Shown here piece by piece: positions 39,717-50,022 of a DNA stretch of 64,000 bases. The stretch spans positions 1 to 64,000 of the forward strand of contig CAVZQC010000001.1 in the NCBI GenBank assembly GCA_963777315.1, written 5' to 3'. Every line of letters starts with the position of its first letter. The stretch's first letter is position 1. Source of the stretch: Vulcanimicrobiota bacterium (GTDB taxonomy: Bacteria > Vulcanimicrobiota > Vulcanimicrobiia > Vulcanimicrobiales > Vulcanimicrobiaceae). Below the pieces are notes generated by a model. It saw nothing but the letters and a program-made list of their open reading frames with translations, was not told where the DNA came from and searched no databases. The translations under genes were made by a program, and so were the position numbers.

Positions 39717-40627
39717 TGCAGCTGGGGATGGTGGGACTGGGGCGCATGGGCGCCAGCATGGCGACGCGATTGATGCAGGACGGTCATCAGGTCGTCGTCT
39801 TCGACCGCGACGCGCAGGCCGTTGCGAGCGCGGCTTCGGGCGGCGCCGTGGCAAGCAGTTCGCTTTCCGAGCTGGTATCGAAACTCTCGGGGACGCCCAA
39901 AGTCGCGTGGAGCATGGTTCCCTCCGGCAAGCCGACCGATGAAACGATCGATCAACTTGCCGGGCTGCTGGGCAACGGCGACGTGATCGTCGACGGCGGA
40001 AACACCAACTGGAAGGACGGCCTGGCAGCGTACGAGCGCTGTAAATCGCGCGGCGTTTCGTTGGTCGATGCAGGAACCAGCGGCGGCGTTTGGGGCCTAA
40101 AGGAAGGCTATTGTCTGATGGTGGGCGGCGAAGACGCCGCGGTCAAAGCCTGCGAGCCCATTTTCCTGTCCCTGGCACCGGAAGGCGGTTACGCGCACGT
40201 CGGTCCGCCGGGTGCCGGACACTTCTCCAAGATGGTTCACAACGGCATCGAATACGGCATGCTGCAGGCCTACGGTGAAGGGTTCGAAATACTGCGCGCT
40301 TCGCAGTTTGGGTTCGACTTGCATCAACTCGCGTCGATATGGCGCTACGGAAGCGTGATCCGTTCCTGGATGCTCGATCTGGCGGTGCTGGCGTTTGCGG
40401 CAGATCCCGATTTACGAGACATCCGCGGATGGGTGGACGATACCGGAGAGGGACGCTGGACGGTTCAGGCGGCGATCGACGAGAACGTTCCCGCGCCGGC
40501 GATCACGCTGGCCCTGCTGGCGCGCTTTGCATCGCGCCAGGACGAATCGTATAGCGCCAAAGTCATCGCCGCGCTGCGAAACCAGTTCGGCGGCCACGCC
40601 GTCAAGGCGGAAACGACGGCAAAATGA
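39716..40627 (+). CDS. gnd: 6-phosphogluconate dehydrogenase (short, decarboxylating)
   Basis: GLGRMG, DGGN, KMVHNGIEY, GEGRWT, RNQFGGH. Confidence 0.95.
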   Translation: MQLGMVGLGRMGASMATRLMQDGHQVVVFDRDAQAVASAASGGAVASSSLSELVSKLSGTPKVAWSMVPSGKPTDETIDQLAGLLGNGDVIVDGGNTNWKDGLAAYERCKSRGVSLVDAGTSGGVWGLKEGYCLMVGGEDAAVKACEPIFLSLAPEGGYAHVGPPGAGHFSKMVHNGIEYGMLQAYGEGFEILRASQFGFDLHQLASIWRYGSVIRSWMLDLAVLAFAADPDLRDIRGWVDDTGEGRWTVQAAIDENVPAPAITLALLARFASRQDESYSAKVIAALRNQFGGHAVKAETTAK

Positions 40628-42183
40628 CGACGACTCCGGCGGCTGCAGGCAACGGCATCGCGCAAGCGGCGATCAATCCGCTTCGACAGGGCATCGAAAG
40701 CTCGCGCGTCAGCGAACCGTGCACGATCGTCTTCTTCGGGGCAAGCGGCGATTTGTTCAAGCGCATGCTCATGCCCGCGATCTACAACCTGCGCTTGGAC
40801 GATACGCTGCCGGCAAATTTCGGGTTGATCGGTTTTGCCCGCACGCCGTACACCGACCAGGAATTCCGTGACTACTGCCGGCAGTGCGTGGACGAGTTTT
40901 CGCGATCGGGTCCCGTCAAGGAATCCCTCTGGAACGATTTGGCCCAGCGGATCAGCTACATCACCGCGGATTTCGATGACACCGCTCATTTCGAGGCGCT
41001 GGGCAAACGTTTGGCCGAGTACGAAAAGCAATTCGGCGCGGGCGACAACCGGCTGTACTACTTGGCTACCCCGCCTTCGGTCTTTCCCAAGATCATCGCG
41101 CAGCTCAAACGCGCCAAACTCGATCCCGATCGCAACGCAAAGGGCTGGAGCCGCATAATCGTCGAGAAACCGTTCGGCACCGATTTGCCTTCCGCGCAAG
41201 CGCTGCAGACCGAAGTTGAAAAGGTCTTCAACGAAAGTCAGGTCTACCGCATCGATCACTACTTGGGCAAGGAAACGGTTCAGGACATCATGGCCCTGCG
41301 CTTTGCCAACACGATTTTCGAGCCGATCTGGAATCGCAACTACGTGCAGTCCGTGCAAATTACCGCCGCCGAAACACTGGGGGTCGAACGCCGCGGCGGC
41401 TATTACGAAAGCGCGGGGGCGTTGCGCGACATGATTCAGAATCACGTCATGAACCTGCTCGCGCTCGTGGCGATGGAGCCGCCGGCCGGCGCGGACGCCG
41501 ACGCGATCCGCAACGAAAAATACAAAGTGTTTTCCGCGATTGCAGCGCCGGCTCCCGAGGAAGTCTTCCAAATGAGCGTGCGCGGTCAGTATGGTGCAGG
41601 CTCGATCGGCGGACAAGCCGTGCCTGCATACCGTTCCGAGCCGGACGTTTCGCCCAATTCGAATACGGAAACGTACGCCGCTTTGCGCCTGCAGATCAAC
41701 AACTGGCGCTGGGCCGGGGTGCCGTTCTACCTGCGCAGCGGCAAACGGCTGGCGCGCAAGGTATCGGAGGTTGCGATCGCGTTCAGCCCGATTCCACACC
41801 GCCTGTTCGGCGAAAAGAGCGACACGATCGAACAGAACCTGCTGGTGATCAAAATCCAGCCGGAGGAAGGCATCTCGATCCGGTTCAACGCCAAGGTACC
41901 CGGCCAGAAAAATCATATCCGCGGCGTCACGATGGATTTCAACTACGGCACCGGTTTCGCGGTACAGTCTGCTCCGGCATACGAACGGCTCATCGCCGAC
42001 GCGATGCGCGGCGATGCGACGCTGTTCACGCGGTGGGATGCCGTCCAGCGAGCCTGGGAGATCGTCATGCCGATTTTGGAAGTGTGGCAGTCGATCAAGG
42101 ATCGTGCGTTTCCCAACTACGCCGCGGGCAGCGAAGGGCCCGACGCGGCTGCAGCGCTCAATGCCGGGTGGCGTCCGCTGTGA
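40624..42183 (+). CDS. zwf: Glucose-6-phosphate dehydrogenase
   Basis: GASGDL, EKPFG, RIDHYLGKE. Confidence 0.97.
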   Translation: MTTTPAAAGNGIAQAAINPLRQGIESSRVSEPCTIVFFGASGDLFKRMLMPAIYNLRLDDTLPANFGLIGFARTPYTDQEFRDYCRQCVDEFSRSGPVKESLWNDLAQRISYITADFDDTAHFEALGKRLAEYEKQFGAGDNRLYYLATPPSVFPKIIAQLKRAKLDPDRNAKGWSRIIVEKPFGTDLPSAQALQTEVEKVFNESQVYRIDHYLGKETVQDIMALRFANTIFEPIWNRNYVQSVQITAAETLGVERRGGYYESAGALRDMIQNHVMNLLALVAMEPPAGADADAIRNEKYKVFSAIAAPAPEEVFQMSVRGQYGAGSIGGQAVPAYRSEPDVSPNSNTETYAALRLQINNWRWAGVPFYLRSGKRLARKVSEVAIAFSPIPHRLFGEKSDTIEQNLLVIKIQPEEGISIRFNAKVPGQKNHIRGVTMDFNYGTGFAVQSAPAYERLIADAMRGDATLFTRWDAVQRAWEIVMPILEVWQSIKDRAFPNYAAGSEGPDAAAALNAGWRPL

Positions 42184-43178
42184 GCGCCATCGACGTCGGC
42201 GAGCTGCTTGGCAAACTATCGCAGCATCGCGGCGAGCGGGCCGCCATCTCCACCGTTTCGCTGAACCTGGTCGCGTTCGTCGAGGACGATGCGCAGTTGC
42301 TCGAGCGAATCGCGCAGCGAATCGACGCTCTTGCCGAGCGGAACGTCTCGCGCACGATCCTTTTGACGTGCGACGAGCGTCCGCATTCGGCCAGCTCGCA
42401 CTCGAGCGAGGTCGACGACACGCTGATCACGCGTTCGGAGCAGATTCAACTTGCGGTCGGGCATTGCGCTTGCGAGGAGCTGCGTTCGGCGGTCCACGAG
42501 TTGCTCGTGCCCAGCGTGCGCACCGTGCTACTGTGGGCCGGCGCTCACTACGTCGACCGGCGCTTGTCCGCGCTGGCCGATTTGGCCGATACCGTCGTAC
42601 TCTTCAGTTCGGCAAGAGATCCCGGAACGGCCCGGCTGCAAGAAATCCTCAAGTTACAAGGCACCCACGTCGAGCCGAAGATCCACGACCTCGCGTTCAT
42701 GCGCCTGCTCTCGTGGCAAGACATCATCGCGCAGTTTTTCGACGACGCCGAGTTGGCTCAGGAACTGCCCCACCTCACCCACGTCGAGGTCGTGAGCGGA
42801 TCGGCAACGGAGGCGTATTATTTGGTGGGCTGGCTGGGCAGCCGGCTTTCTTGGCAGCCCTGCGGCGAGAACCAGTTTTGCAACGAGGATGGGGGCACGA
42901 TCTCTTTCGATTTACGCCAGCATGGCAGCCCGCTGCGCGTCTATGCGGTGCGCCTGCATTCGCACAACTGCGTTTTCGGCGCAGCGGTACGCGAGGACGC
43001 AGACGATCTGATCTGCGTAACCGTGGAGGGACGCAAGAGCCGGCCGCAGCGCTGCATGCCGCTGCACGATCTCGATATGGTATCGCTCATCGAGCGCGCC
43101 ATCTTCATGCCGCGCAACGATGAAGTATTTGCGGGAACGCTGCGCACGATCGACCGCCTTTTGGAGCTCGCTCGATGA
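42180..43178 (+). CDS. opcA: G6PDH assembly protein OpcA-like
   Basis: Position between zwf and pgl; DLAFMRLLSWQDIIAQFFD and GWLGSRLSW motifs. Confidence 0.8.
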   Translation: MSAIDVGELLGKLSQHRGERAAISTVSLNLVAFVEDDAQLLERIAQRIDALAERNVSRTILLTCDERPHSASSHSSEVDDTLITRSEQIQLAVGHCACEELRSAVHELLVPSVRTVLLWAGAHYVDRRLSALADLADTVVLFSSARDPGTARLQEILKLQGTHVEPKIHDLAFMRLLSWQDIIAQFFDDAELAQELPHLTHVEVVSGSATEAYYLVGWLGSRLSWQPCGENQFCNEDGGTISFDLRQHGSPLRVYAVRLHSHNCVFGAAVREDADDLICVTVEGRKSRPQRCMPLHDLDMVSLIERAIFMPRNDEVFAGTLRTIDRLLELAR

Positions 43179-43916
43179 ACCAGGCTGCGGCCGACGTCCG
43201 CATTTACGAAACGCCCCAACTCCTGGCGCAAGCGCTCGCCGATGCGTTCGTCGACGACGCGCGCGGGGCGATCGAGCAGCGCGGAGACTTCTTTGTCGCG
43301 CTTGCCGGCGGAACGACGCCGAAGGCGGCATACACGCTGTTGGCGCAAGAACCGCGGCGAAGCCGCGTCGACTGGCACCGCGTGCAGGTCTTTTTCGGCG
43401 ACGAGCGCTGCGTGCCGCCCACCAGCGCAGAATCCAATTATCGAATGGCGAACGAGGCGTTTTTGCGCGCCGCCGCTATTCCCTCGAGCAACGTTCACCG
43501 CATGGAAGGCGACGACGATCCGGCGCTGGCCGCCTCCCGGTACGCAGCGGTGCTCCGCGAAACGCTGGGAGACCCTCCGGTTTTCGACACGATTTTTTTG
43601 GGAATGGGCGCGGACGGACATACCGCCTCGCTGTTTCCCGGTACGGATCCGCGAACGGACGAAGGCCGGCTGGTGCGAGCTCCCTACGTGCAGCAGCAAC
43701 GCAGCTTTCGCATAACGCTGACGCCCCTTGTCATCAATGCCGCGCGCCACGTTATCTTTGCAACCGAAGGCCCGCAAAAAGCTGCGGCGCTAGCGGCAGT
43801 CCGCGCCGGCCCGTACGATCCCACCGTCCATCCCGCGCAAATCGTCGCGCCGGTGGACGGACGTCTGAGCTGGTACGTCGATAGCGCCGCTGCCGCAGAG
43901 TCTGTCGCCTCGCTGA
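43175..43916 (+). CDS. pgl: 6-phosphogluconolactonase; apparent +1 insertion at 43901 removes the natural stop
   Basis: LAGGTTP, FGDERCVP, SNY, LGMGADGHTASLFP; deleting T43901 gives AAAELSPR* at 43914-43916 and removes a 248-nt overlap with the next gene. Confidence 0.9.
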
Positions 43917-43934
43917 AGCGACTGTTACGGCAGC

Positions 43935-44732
43935 GTGCGCAAAGGCTGGTTCGCCGACGTGTCGCCGGTCGACGGCGCAGCTGCATTGAACGCCGTGTTT
44001 GCGGGCTATCTGGTACCGCTGCAATTCAGCCCCGAGCAACTGCGCCTGCACGCCGTTTACAACGACGTCGATCTCGCGCTTTCGCCGTTGTGGTCGGATC
44101 ATGCCGGCCGCGTGGTCGCCGCGGCGCTGCTGGCCGTGCGCGACCGGCGCGGATGGATCGGGGGTTTCGGCGTAGCGCCTGAATTCCGGCGCCGCGGATA
44201 TGCTCGCGAGCTGACGGAACAGCTGTTGGCCATTGCCCGCGAGCGCGATATGGAACGCATAACCCTCGAGGTGCTGTGCGAAAACGCGGCAGCGATAGCA
44301 GTATACCGGGACGCAGGGTTTGTCATCGAGCGACGGCTGCACTCGCTTCAAACGTGCAGCGAAGGGTCGCAAGCGACGCACGGATTTCGATTCGTCGAAC
44401 CCGAGCAGTTCATCGACGAGCCCGAAAACGTCTCGCCGTGCTGGCAGCGGGAATCCGCCAGTCTTCGCAACGGTGCGATATCCGGCGCCCTCGCCGACGA
44501 TGCAGGCTGCTACGCGCTGTTCCGGCACAATGCCTCGGCCGCGCAGGTGTTCAAACTTCGCGCCCGGGATGCACAAACGCTGACGGCCCTGACAAGTGCG
44601 CTTGCTCAGGGCCGCCGGTTTCAGAACGTTACGATTTTGAACGAGCCGGAAAACAGCCCGCTGGTTCGCTGCGCGCTCGAGGCGCGATGGCACGAACCAT
44701 TCGTGCAGTACGAGATGGTGCGCAGCGTCTAA
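43935..44732 (+). CDS. GNAT family N-acetyltransferase
   Basis: GVAPEFRRRGYA motif A, LEVLCENAAAIAVYRDAGF. Confidence 0.85.
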   Translation: MRKGWFADVSPVDGAAALNAVFAGYLVPLQFSPEQLRLHAVYNDVDLALSPLWSDHAGRVVAAALLAVRDRRGWIGGFGVAPEFRRRGYARELTEQLLAIARERDMERITLEVLCENAAAIAVYRDAGFVIERRLHSLQTCSEGSQATHGFRFVEPEQFIDEPENVSPCWQRESASLRNGAISGALADDAGCYALFRHNASAAQVFKLRARDAQTLTALTSALAQGRRFQNVTILNEPENSPLVRCALEARWHEPFVQYEMVRSV

Positions 44733-44944
44733 AGAGCGTCGCGCGTCTCTCGCTTGGCCTTGTCGACGTCCGCTTTGGCATTTTCGGTAACTTCGCGCGC
44801 CATCGAACCGGCTTTTTCTCCGCCGGTCATGACGTCGCCGGTTTCGGTACGGCGCTCGTGCTCCACGCCGGCTTTGCCGCGATGGACGCCTTCTTTGACC
44901 GCGTCGCCCGCGTCCTTGATGGTTTTACGTATTTCATCCGTCAT
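44729..44944 (-). CDS. Small hydrophilic protein (LEA/CsbD-like stress protein)
   Basis: 71 aa, highly charged and helical (DAGDAVKE...AKADVDKAKRE). Confidence 0.6.
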   Translation of the reverse strand: MTDEIRKTIKDAGDAVKEGVHRGKAGVEHERRTETGDVMTGGEKAGSMAREVTENAKADVDKAKRETRDAL

Positions 44945-45000
44945 AACAAGGCTGTTGTACCCATCCGCGCCCGGCAATAACCTGCGGCGGGGGCACACCA

Positions 45001-45141
45001 CTACGCAGGCGGTTCGCGTCGAGGTTTAAGGTTCCAGCGCTCGAGTTCGCGCATGTACAATATCGCGCTGCGCTCCTGCAGCTTCTGCTGAGAAAGCTTG
45101 GAAAGGCGCATGCGGACCAACGCGGATGGTTTGCTTTTCAT
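45001..45141 (-). CDS. Putative 46-aa basic microprotein coupled to tolC
   Basis: ATG overlaps the TolC stop (ATGA), AAGGAG upstream; MKSKPSALVRMRLSKLSQQKLQERSAILYMRELERWNLKPRREPPA. Confidence 0.45.
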   Translation of the reverse strand: MKSKPSALVRMRLSKLSQQKLQERSAILYMRELERWNLKPRREPPA

Positions 45142-46895
45142 CGTTTTGGCGCTCCTTCTCCGACCGTCTTGAGATTAACGTTGTTCGCCGTGAGGATGGT
45201 TCCGGTGGCACGTTGAAGTTCGACGACTGCTTTGTTGAGCGCCGTTTGCGCTTGCAGTTCTCGCCCACGATTGTCGGCCAATTCGATCTCGCGCTGCAGC
45301 ACCAAGAACGTCGTCGACTCACCGGCGCGAAACCGGCGCTGCTCGCTGGCGAGAATTTGCTGCGAGGCTCGACGGGCCGATCTCGCCGCAGCCAGCTGAG
45401 CCAATGCGCTTTGGTAGGTTTGCAGCGCATCGCGGACCTGGGCCGTAATGCTTTGAATCGTGGATGCTTCCTGAACCTGCGCTATGTGCTGCCGCTCGAT
45501 CGCCGTCGCCAAATCCGCTTTGGCAGCGTGATTGCCGACGGGAAACGAAACCAAAACGCCGGCGGCGTATACCGGAAACTTGTTGGAAAGCAAATTTTTG
45601 ATCGATTGCTCCAAGCCTCCGGTCAAGTACGAGGGGACCGGCGTCGTCGCGGTGGGCAGCGCAGGAATCTGCTGCGAGGGCGGCAGCGTTGGATTGACGG
45701 CAGCAATCAGCTGATCGATCGCAACGACCTGCTGCGCGCTGCTTTGAAGAAAGGCGCCGGGCGGTATGACTTGCCCGGCGAACCCGTTGCTCGTATATCC
45801 GAGCTGCAGATCGACCTGCGGCTTGAGCTGGTTTTGGGCGTACGCGACTTCCACTGCGGAGCTCTGCAACTGTTCGCGCAGCTGCGCGATCTCCGGACGA
45901 GTGCGCAGAGCCTGCGTCACGAGCGCGGCGAGCGAAGGCTGCGCCGGCAACTGCAGGGCCGGCGTGACCGGCACCAAATTCGCGCTCCATATCGGGTCGC
46001 TCGGATTGTCCGTCAGCTGCGACTTGAGCCGGTTCTGCAGGATCGCAACGTTTTGCAGCGCGGAAAAAACCTGCTGCTCGAACACAGCTATCTGCGAATT
46101 CACCTGCACCACGTCGATGGGTGCGCCCGCGCCCTTTTGCGCCAAGCGCACGTTGCTGTGCTGCTGCGCGATAGTGTCCTTGAGGCTGTCTTCCTGGATC
46201 GCAACGTTTCGCCAAGCTGCGACCAAGTCCCAATACGTGTTTTGGATCTGCGCAATGGTCGTGGACACCATCCCCAGCGTCTGAGCGTTCGTCGTCTGCA
46301 CGCCGATTTGCGCGAGCTGCAACTGGCGCGAGGCGGCCGTCAGCGCTCGGCCACGACCCAGCGGCTGAGTAAAATTGACCGAAAAGATCGTCGGATAATA
46401 GGGATCGAACGTGTTGATCGTGGTGTTGTCGTACGTTTGCTTGCCGGAAACGTTGACGCTGTACTGCTGGCCCGCGGGCAGAACGCCTTGAGCGCCTGCG
46501 GTCACCGAAGCGTTGCGCTGGACGATAGGACCGAAGTCCGGGCCGGCAAAGAACACGTTCTGCGGCGGCTCGGACGCATACTGATACTGCGGCTCGACCG
46601 ACAAGCGCACGTCGTATGCGCCTTTGGCGGCTTCGATTTGATATTGCGCGATGCGGCGGTTGGCTTGCGCGACGACGAGATCCGGATTGCGCGAAAGCGC
46701 CATGCCGACCGCGTTCTCCAGCGTGATTCCCACGAACGGCTGCTGCGTGACGCCGACGGCAGCCGGAGCTGCGGGCGAAACGTCCGGCGCAGCGTACCCG
46801 GGCCCCACCATCGGCACGGCGGGCAGCCGCGGAGAGGGCGCGGGTGAGGGGACGTTCGCAGTCGCGGCGGCAAGCACGAGCGCTGCGAGCATCAA
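45138..46895 (-). CDS. TolC family outer-membrane efflux protein
   Basis: Signal peptide, helical OEP repeats, PQVDLQLGY, EQRRFRAGESTTFLVLQ. Confidence 0.88.
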   Translation of the reverse strand: MMLAALVLAAATANVPSPAPSPRLPAVPMVGPGYAAPDVSPAAPAAVGVTQQPFVGITLENAVGMALSRNPDLVVAQANRRIAQYQIEAAKGAYDVRLSVEPQYQYASEPPQNVFFAGPDFGPIVQRNASVTAGAQGVLPAGQQYSVNVSGKQTYDNTTINTFDPYYPTIFSVNFTQPLGRGRALTAASRQLQLAQIGVQTTNAQTLGMVSTTIAQIQNTYWDLVAAWRNVAIQEDSLKDTIAQQHSNVRLAQKGAGAPIDVVQVNSQIAVFEQQVFSALQNVAILQNRLKSQLTDNPSDPIWSANLVPVTPALQLPAQPSLAALVTQALRTRPEIAQLREQLQSSAVEVAYAQNQLKPQVDLQLGYTSNGFAGQVIPPGAFLQSSAQQVVAIDQLIAAVNPTLPPSQQIPALPTATTPVPSYLTGGLEQSIKNLLSNKFPVYAAGVLVSFPVGNHAAKADLATAIERQHIAQVQEASTIQSITAQVRDALQTYQSALAQLAAARSARRASQQILASEQRRFRAGESTTFLVLQREIELADNRGRELQAQTALNKAVVELQRATGTILTANNVNLKTVGEGAPKR

Positions 46896-48151
46896 TGCAC
46901 TAAAACCGACGTCTCGACCGACATGCCCGGGCGCATCGGGTACTTCGCGAAATCCGTGCCGTCGTCGAACCCTATACGCACCGGAATGCGCTGGGTGACT
47001 TTGACGAAGTTGCCCGTTGAGTTCTGGGCCGGCACGAGCGCGTACGTGTTCTGCGAAGCCGGGTTGATCGAATCGACCGTACCGTGGAACGTCACGCCCT
47101 TATAAGCGTCGACGCGAATGTCGACCGGCTGTCCGGAGCGCATGTTCCCGACCTGCGTTTCCTTGTAGTTCGCGGTGATGAAGACGCGATTCGGAATCAA
47201 GGTCAGCAGCGTCATCCCCGCGCTGACCGTTTGCCCTACCTCCACGCTCTTTTCGCCGACGTAACCGCTTATCGACGAATGAATTTTGGTGTTGGCCAGA
47301 TTCTGCTGCGCGATCGCCAATGCGGCACGCTGCGCGGCGATCTGCGCGGGCGCCTGCGCCTGATTGAGTTTGCCTTGAGCGGCTTGGACGGCGCCTTGCG
47401 CCGCCGACGCTCCCGACTGCGCCGCCCCCACCTTTTGCTGCGCTGCGTTGAGGTTGGCGACCGCGACGTTGACGCTTTGAACGGCGGCCCGGTATTGCGC
47501 CTGCGCTTGCGCATCTTGCGCGCGTGCCGCATCGAGATCCGCGCGCGCGATGTCGCCGGTCTTCACCAGCGATGCGGTGCGATCCAAGTTGTCCTGCGCC
47601 TGCGCCACTGCTTGACGCGCTGCCGGGAGCGCGGCCTGTGCCTGAGCAACCTGCGCTTGCGCGGCGGCAACCCCCGATTGCGCGACCGGTACGTCGGCTT
47701 GGGCCGTCTGCGCTTGTCCTCGGGCTTGCGCGACGCCGCCCGTGCCCTGCGTGACGCCGGCGGACTGGTTTTCCAGGGCCAACTGCAGGTTGGCCCGGGC
47801 TTGATCGACTGCGGCGCGCTCGGTCGCGCTGTCCAAAACGATCAGCAGCTGTCCGCGCTTTACCGGCTGATTGGTGTCGACCAATATCGAATCGACGCGC
47901 TCGGCGATCTTGCTGGTCACGGCCACGGTGTTGGCATCGACTCGCGCGTCGTCGGTGGTTTGGTGCGCGCGAGCGTACGAGAAATACTTTACACCCCAAA
48001 TAACGATGGCGATTGCAACGATCGCTCCCAGTGCGAACAGCAGCGGACGAAAATTGCGCCGCGCCGGCGCTTGCTCTTCTAGGCGCTCGTCGCTTTCGTC
48101 CGGCGGGACGGTTTTCGCGTCGCCCTGCGTCTCGCGCTCTCGGGTTTCCAT
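46892..48151 (-). CDS. HlyD/EmrA family membrane fusion protein
   Basis: TTDDARV, ANYKETQV, PAQNSTGNFVKVTQRIPVRI. Confidence 0.92.
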   Translation of the reverse strand: METRERETQGDAKTVPPDESDERLEEQAPARRNFRPLLFALGAIVAIAIVIWGVKYFSYARAHQTTDDARVDANTVAVTSKIAERVDSILVDTNQPVKRGQLLIVLDSATERAAVDQARANLQLALENQSAGVTQGTGGVAQARGQAQTAQADVPVAQSGVAAAQAQVAQAQAALPAARQAVAQAQDNLDRTASLVKTGDIARADLDAARAQDAQAQAQYRAAVQSVNVAVANLNAAQQKVGAAQSGASAAQGAVQAAQGKLNQAQAPAQIAAQRAALAIAQQNLANTKIHSSISGYVGEKSVEVGQTVSAGMTLLTLIPNRVFITANYKETQVGNMRSGQPVDIRVDAYKGVTFHGTVDSINPASQNTYALVPAQNSTGNFVKVTQRIPVRIGFDDGTDFAKYPMRPGMSVETSVLVH

Positions 48152-48750
48152 TACTTGCCGCTCCTCACACCGTTCAAGAACACGCCGAGCTGAAAATCGA
48201 CGATTTCGTGCGTCGAATACTGGGTCTGCGGAAACTTTTTGCGCCCGATGACTTGCGCGAAAATCATTCCCATGAAAAAACGCGCCAGCAAAACCGGATC
48301 GCCGACCAACTCGCCGCTCTCCACGCGCCCGGCCATGAACTCCGCGACGATGTGCTTGATGGCCTCCGGCGCTCGCCACGCCGCATTGCCCACCGCACTG
48401 TCGGTTTCTTCTTCGGCCAGCGACATCACGATGAGATCGCGGACCTGCTCCATCCGGTCGGCCAGCGCCCAAGCGATCAGGCGAAGGTCGCCTTCGAGGT
48501 CGCCGGACAAGCTGGTCAGCAGCTCCTGAAGCTGCACCGTGGAGCAGTAGTGCACCGCACACGCCTCGATCGCGGCGGCTTTGTTGCCGAAGTGCCTGAA
48601 CAGCGTGGCCTCGTTCACGCCGGCCACTTCGGCTATTTCCCGAGTCGTCGTACCGCGACGGCCTTTTTTTGCGATCAACTGCCGAGTCGCGGCTAAAATG
48701 CGGGCACGTGTTTCTTCCGGGGAGCGGGCATGCGGTGGGGCCTGGAGCAC
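48151..48750 (-). CDS. TetR family transcriptional regulator
   Basis: TTTREIAEVAGVNEATLFRHFGNK HTH. Confidence 0.93.
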   Translation of the reverse strand: MLQAPPHARSPEETRARILAATRQLIAKKGRRGTTTREIAEVAGVNEATLFRHFGNKAAAIEACAVHYCSTVQLQELLTSLSGDLEGDLRLIAWALADRMEQVRDLIVMSLAEEETDSAVGNAAWRAPEAIKHIVAEFMAGRVESGELVGDPVLLARFFMGMIFAQVIGRKKFPQTQYSTHEIVDFQLGVFLNGVRSGK

Positions 48751-48769
48751 GGAGCGAGCGATCCCTTCC

Positions 48770-48834
48770 GCAAGTGTGTACTTGCACGCAAAATCGTACC
48801 ATACTACCTTGCGTGATTGCAAGTACCTGCTTGC
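48770..48834. promoter_or_regulatory. Two palindromic putative TetR operators around the tetR promoter
   Basis: GCAAGT-GTGT-ACTTGC (48770-48785) and GCAAGT-ACCT-GCTTGC (48819-48834); minus-strand TTGCAA-N18-TACGAT promoter with TG extension. Confidence 0.7.
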
Positions 48835-48889
48835 GAGTCGCGAACGCGCTTCGGCGGGCTCCCTCGACGGCGCCCAGAAGCCTGCGCCT

Positions 48890-49678
48890 ATGATCACTGC
48901 CGAGGATTTGGCCGAACTGGCCGCGCGCTGCGGTCTTGCGCCGGTTTCGCTCGTCTTGGCCAGACTGGACCGGCTCGGCGGTCCGGCGCTGGCGGTCGAT
49001 CCCGAATGCTATTTGTATCCGGCAAGCATGCTCAAAACCCCGCTCGCACTAGCTGCGTACGCCTTGGTGGCAGACGGCGAACTGCACTTGGAAGCGCCGT
49101 ACGAAGTAACGCCGGCAAACATGACGACGAACGACAAAGACTCGCCGCTCGTGCCCGGGCATTCCGGTCCGTTGTACGAGTTGCTGGACTTGATGCTCAC
49201 GCGCTCGGACAACGTGGCCACCAACATGCTGTACGACATCGTCGGACGCGAACGAGCCACGGCGATCGTTCAAGAGCGTTTCGGTTTGCGGCAAACGGCG
49301 TTCTATCGCAAGCTGTCGGGCAGTTTGCCGCTGATTCACGATCCGGGATGGGACGGAGTGCATCGCAACGCGCACTCCGCGGGCGATGCGGGACGGCTTT
49401 TCGAAGCGATCGCGCGCGACGGCGTCCCGTTCGCACTCGCGCTGCGTCAAACGCTCGCGCGCCAGGAATGGAACGATAAATTGTCCGCCGGCCTGCGTTC
49501 CGGCGACCGCTTTGCACACAAAACCGGCGACACCGACGAGGTCACGCACGACGGCGGCATACTCGATACCGAACTGGGCGCATCGTACGTTCTCGTCGTC
49601 TACACGGGCATGGAATCGAACGACGCCAACAACGGAAAATTCGGGCCGTTCATGAGCGCGCTGCGCGCTTACCTGTAG
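48890..49678 (+). CDS. Class A beta-lactamase-like serine hydrolase (no signal peptide)
   Basis: PASMLK (SxxK), SDN, HKTG. Confidence 0.85.
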   Translation: MITAEDLAELAARCGLAPVSLVLARLDRLGGPALAVDPECYLYPASMLKTPLALAAYALVADGELHLEAPYEVTPANMTTNDKDSPLVPGHSGPLYELLDLMLTRSDNVATNMLYDIVGRERATAIVQERFGLRQTAFYRKLSGSLPLIHDPGWDGVHRNAHSAGDAGRLFEAIARDGVPFALALRQTLARQEWNDKLSAGLRSGDRFAHKTGDTDEVTHDGGILDTELGASYVLVVYTGMESNDANNGKFGPFMSALRAYL

Positions 49679-50022
49679 GAGTGACCGGTCGCGGCTTCGC
49701 GATACCCCTCGCGTCGAGCATCCGCGGGACACAGATACCGGCCGCGCTTGGTGCGACCGTAGTACGGATCTCCGGCCACGTGGTACACCTTGGTGCGTTC
49801 GTTGACCCAGACCGGCTGCGCGCCGCTGCAATCGACCGTGGTAGGTACCGGCGCAAGCGAAGCGGCCGGGATTGCTCCGCGCTGCTCGCGGCTCTCCGCG
49901 CGGCCGGGGAAAGACGCGACCGGCGCGGCCGAAACGACGCCGCCCGCTCGAGTCGATGCCTTCTGACCGCAGCCGATCGTAAGGAGCACGGCTGCGGCGC
50001 ATAGTGCGATGCGATAATTCAT
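49669..50022 (-). CDS. Small lipoprotein
   Basis: Lipobox TIG-C; VWVNERTKVYH...YYGRTKRGRYLC..DARREG motif. Confidence 0.7.
   Translation of the reverse strand: MNYRIALCAAAVLLTIGCGQKASTRAGGVVSAAPVASFPGRAESREQRGAIPAASLAPVPTTVDCSGAQPVWVNERTKVYHVAGDPYYGRTKRGRYLCPADARREGYREAATGHSYR

Noticed and set aside
36855..43916. Tal-Pgi fusion and opcA cluster as a novelty
   Set aside because: A known arrangement in several bacterial phyla.
43917..44182. C-terminal extension of Pgl overlapping the GNAT gene
   Set aside because: Artefact of the inserted T at 43901.
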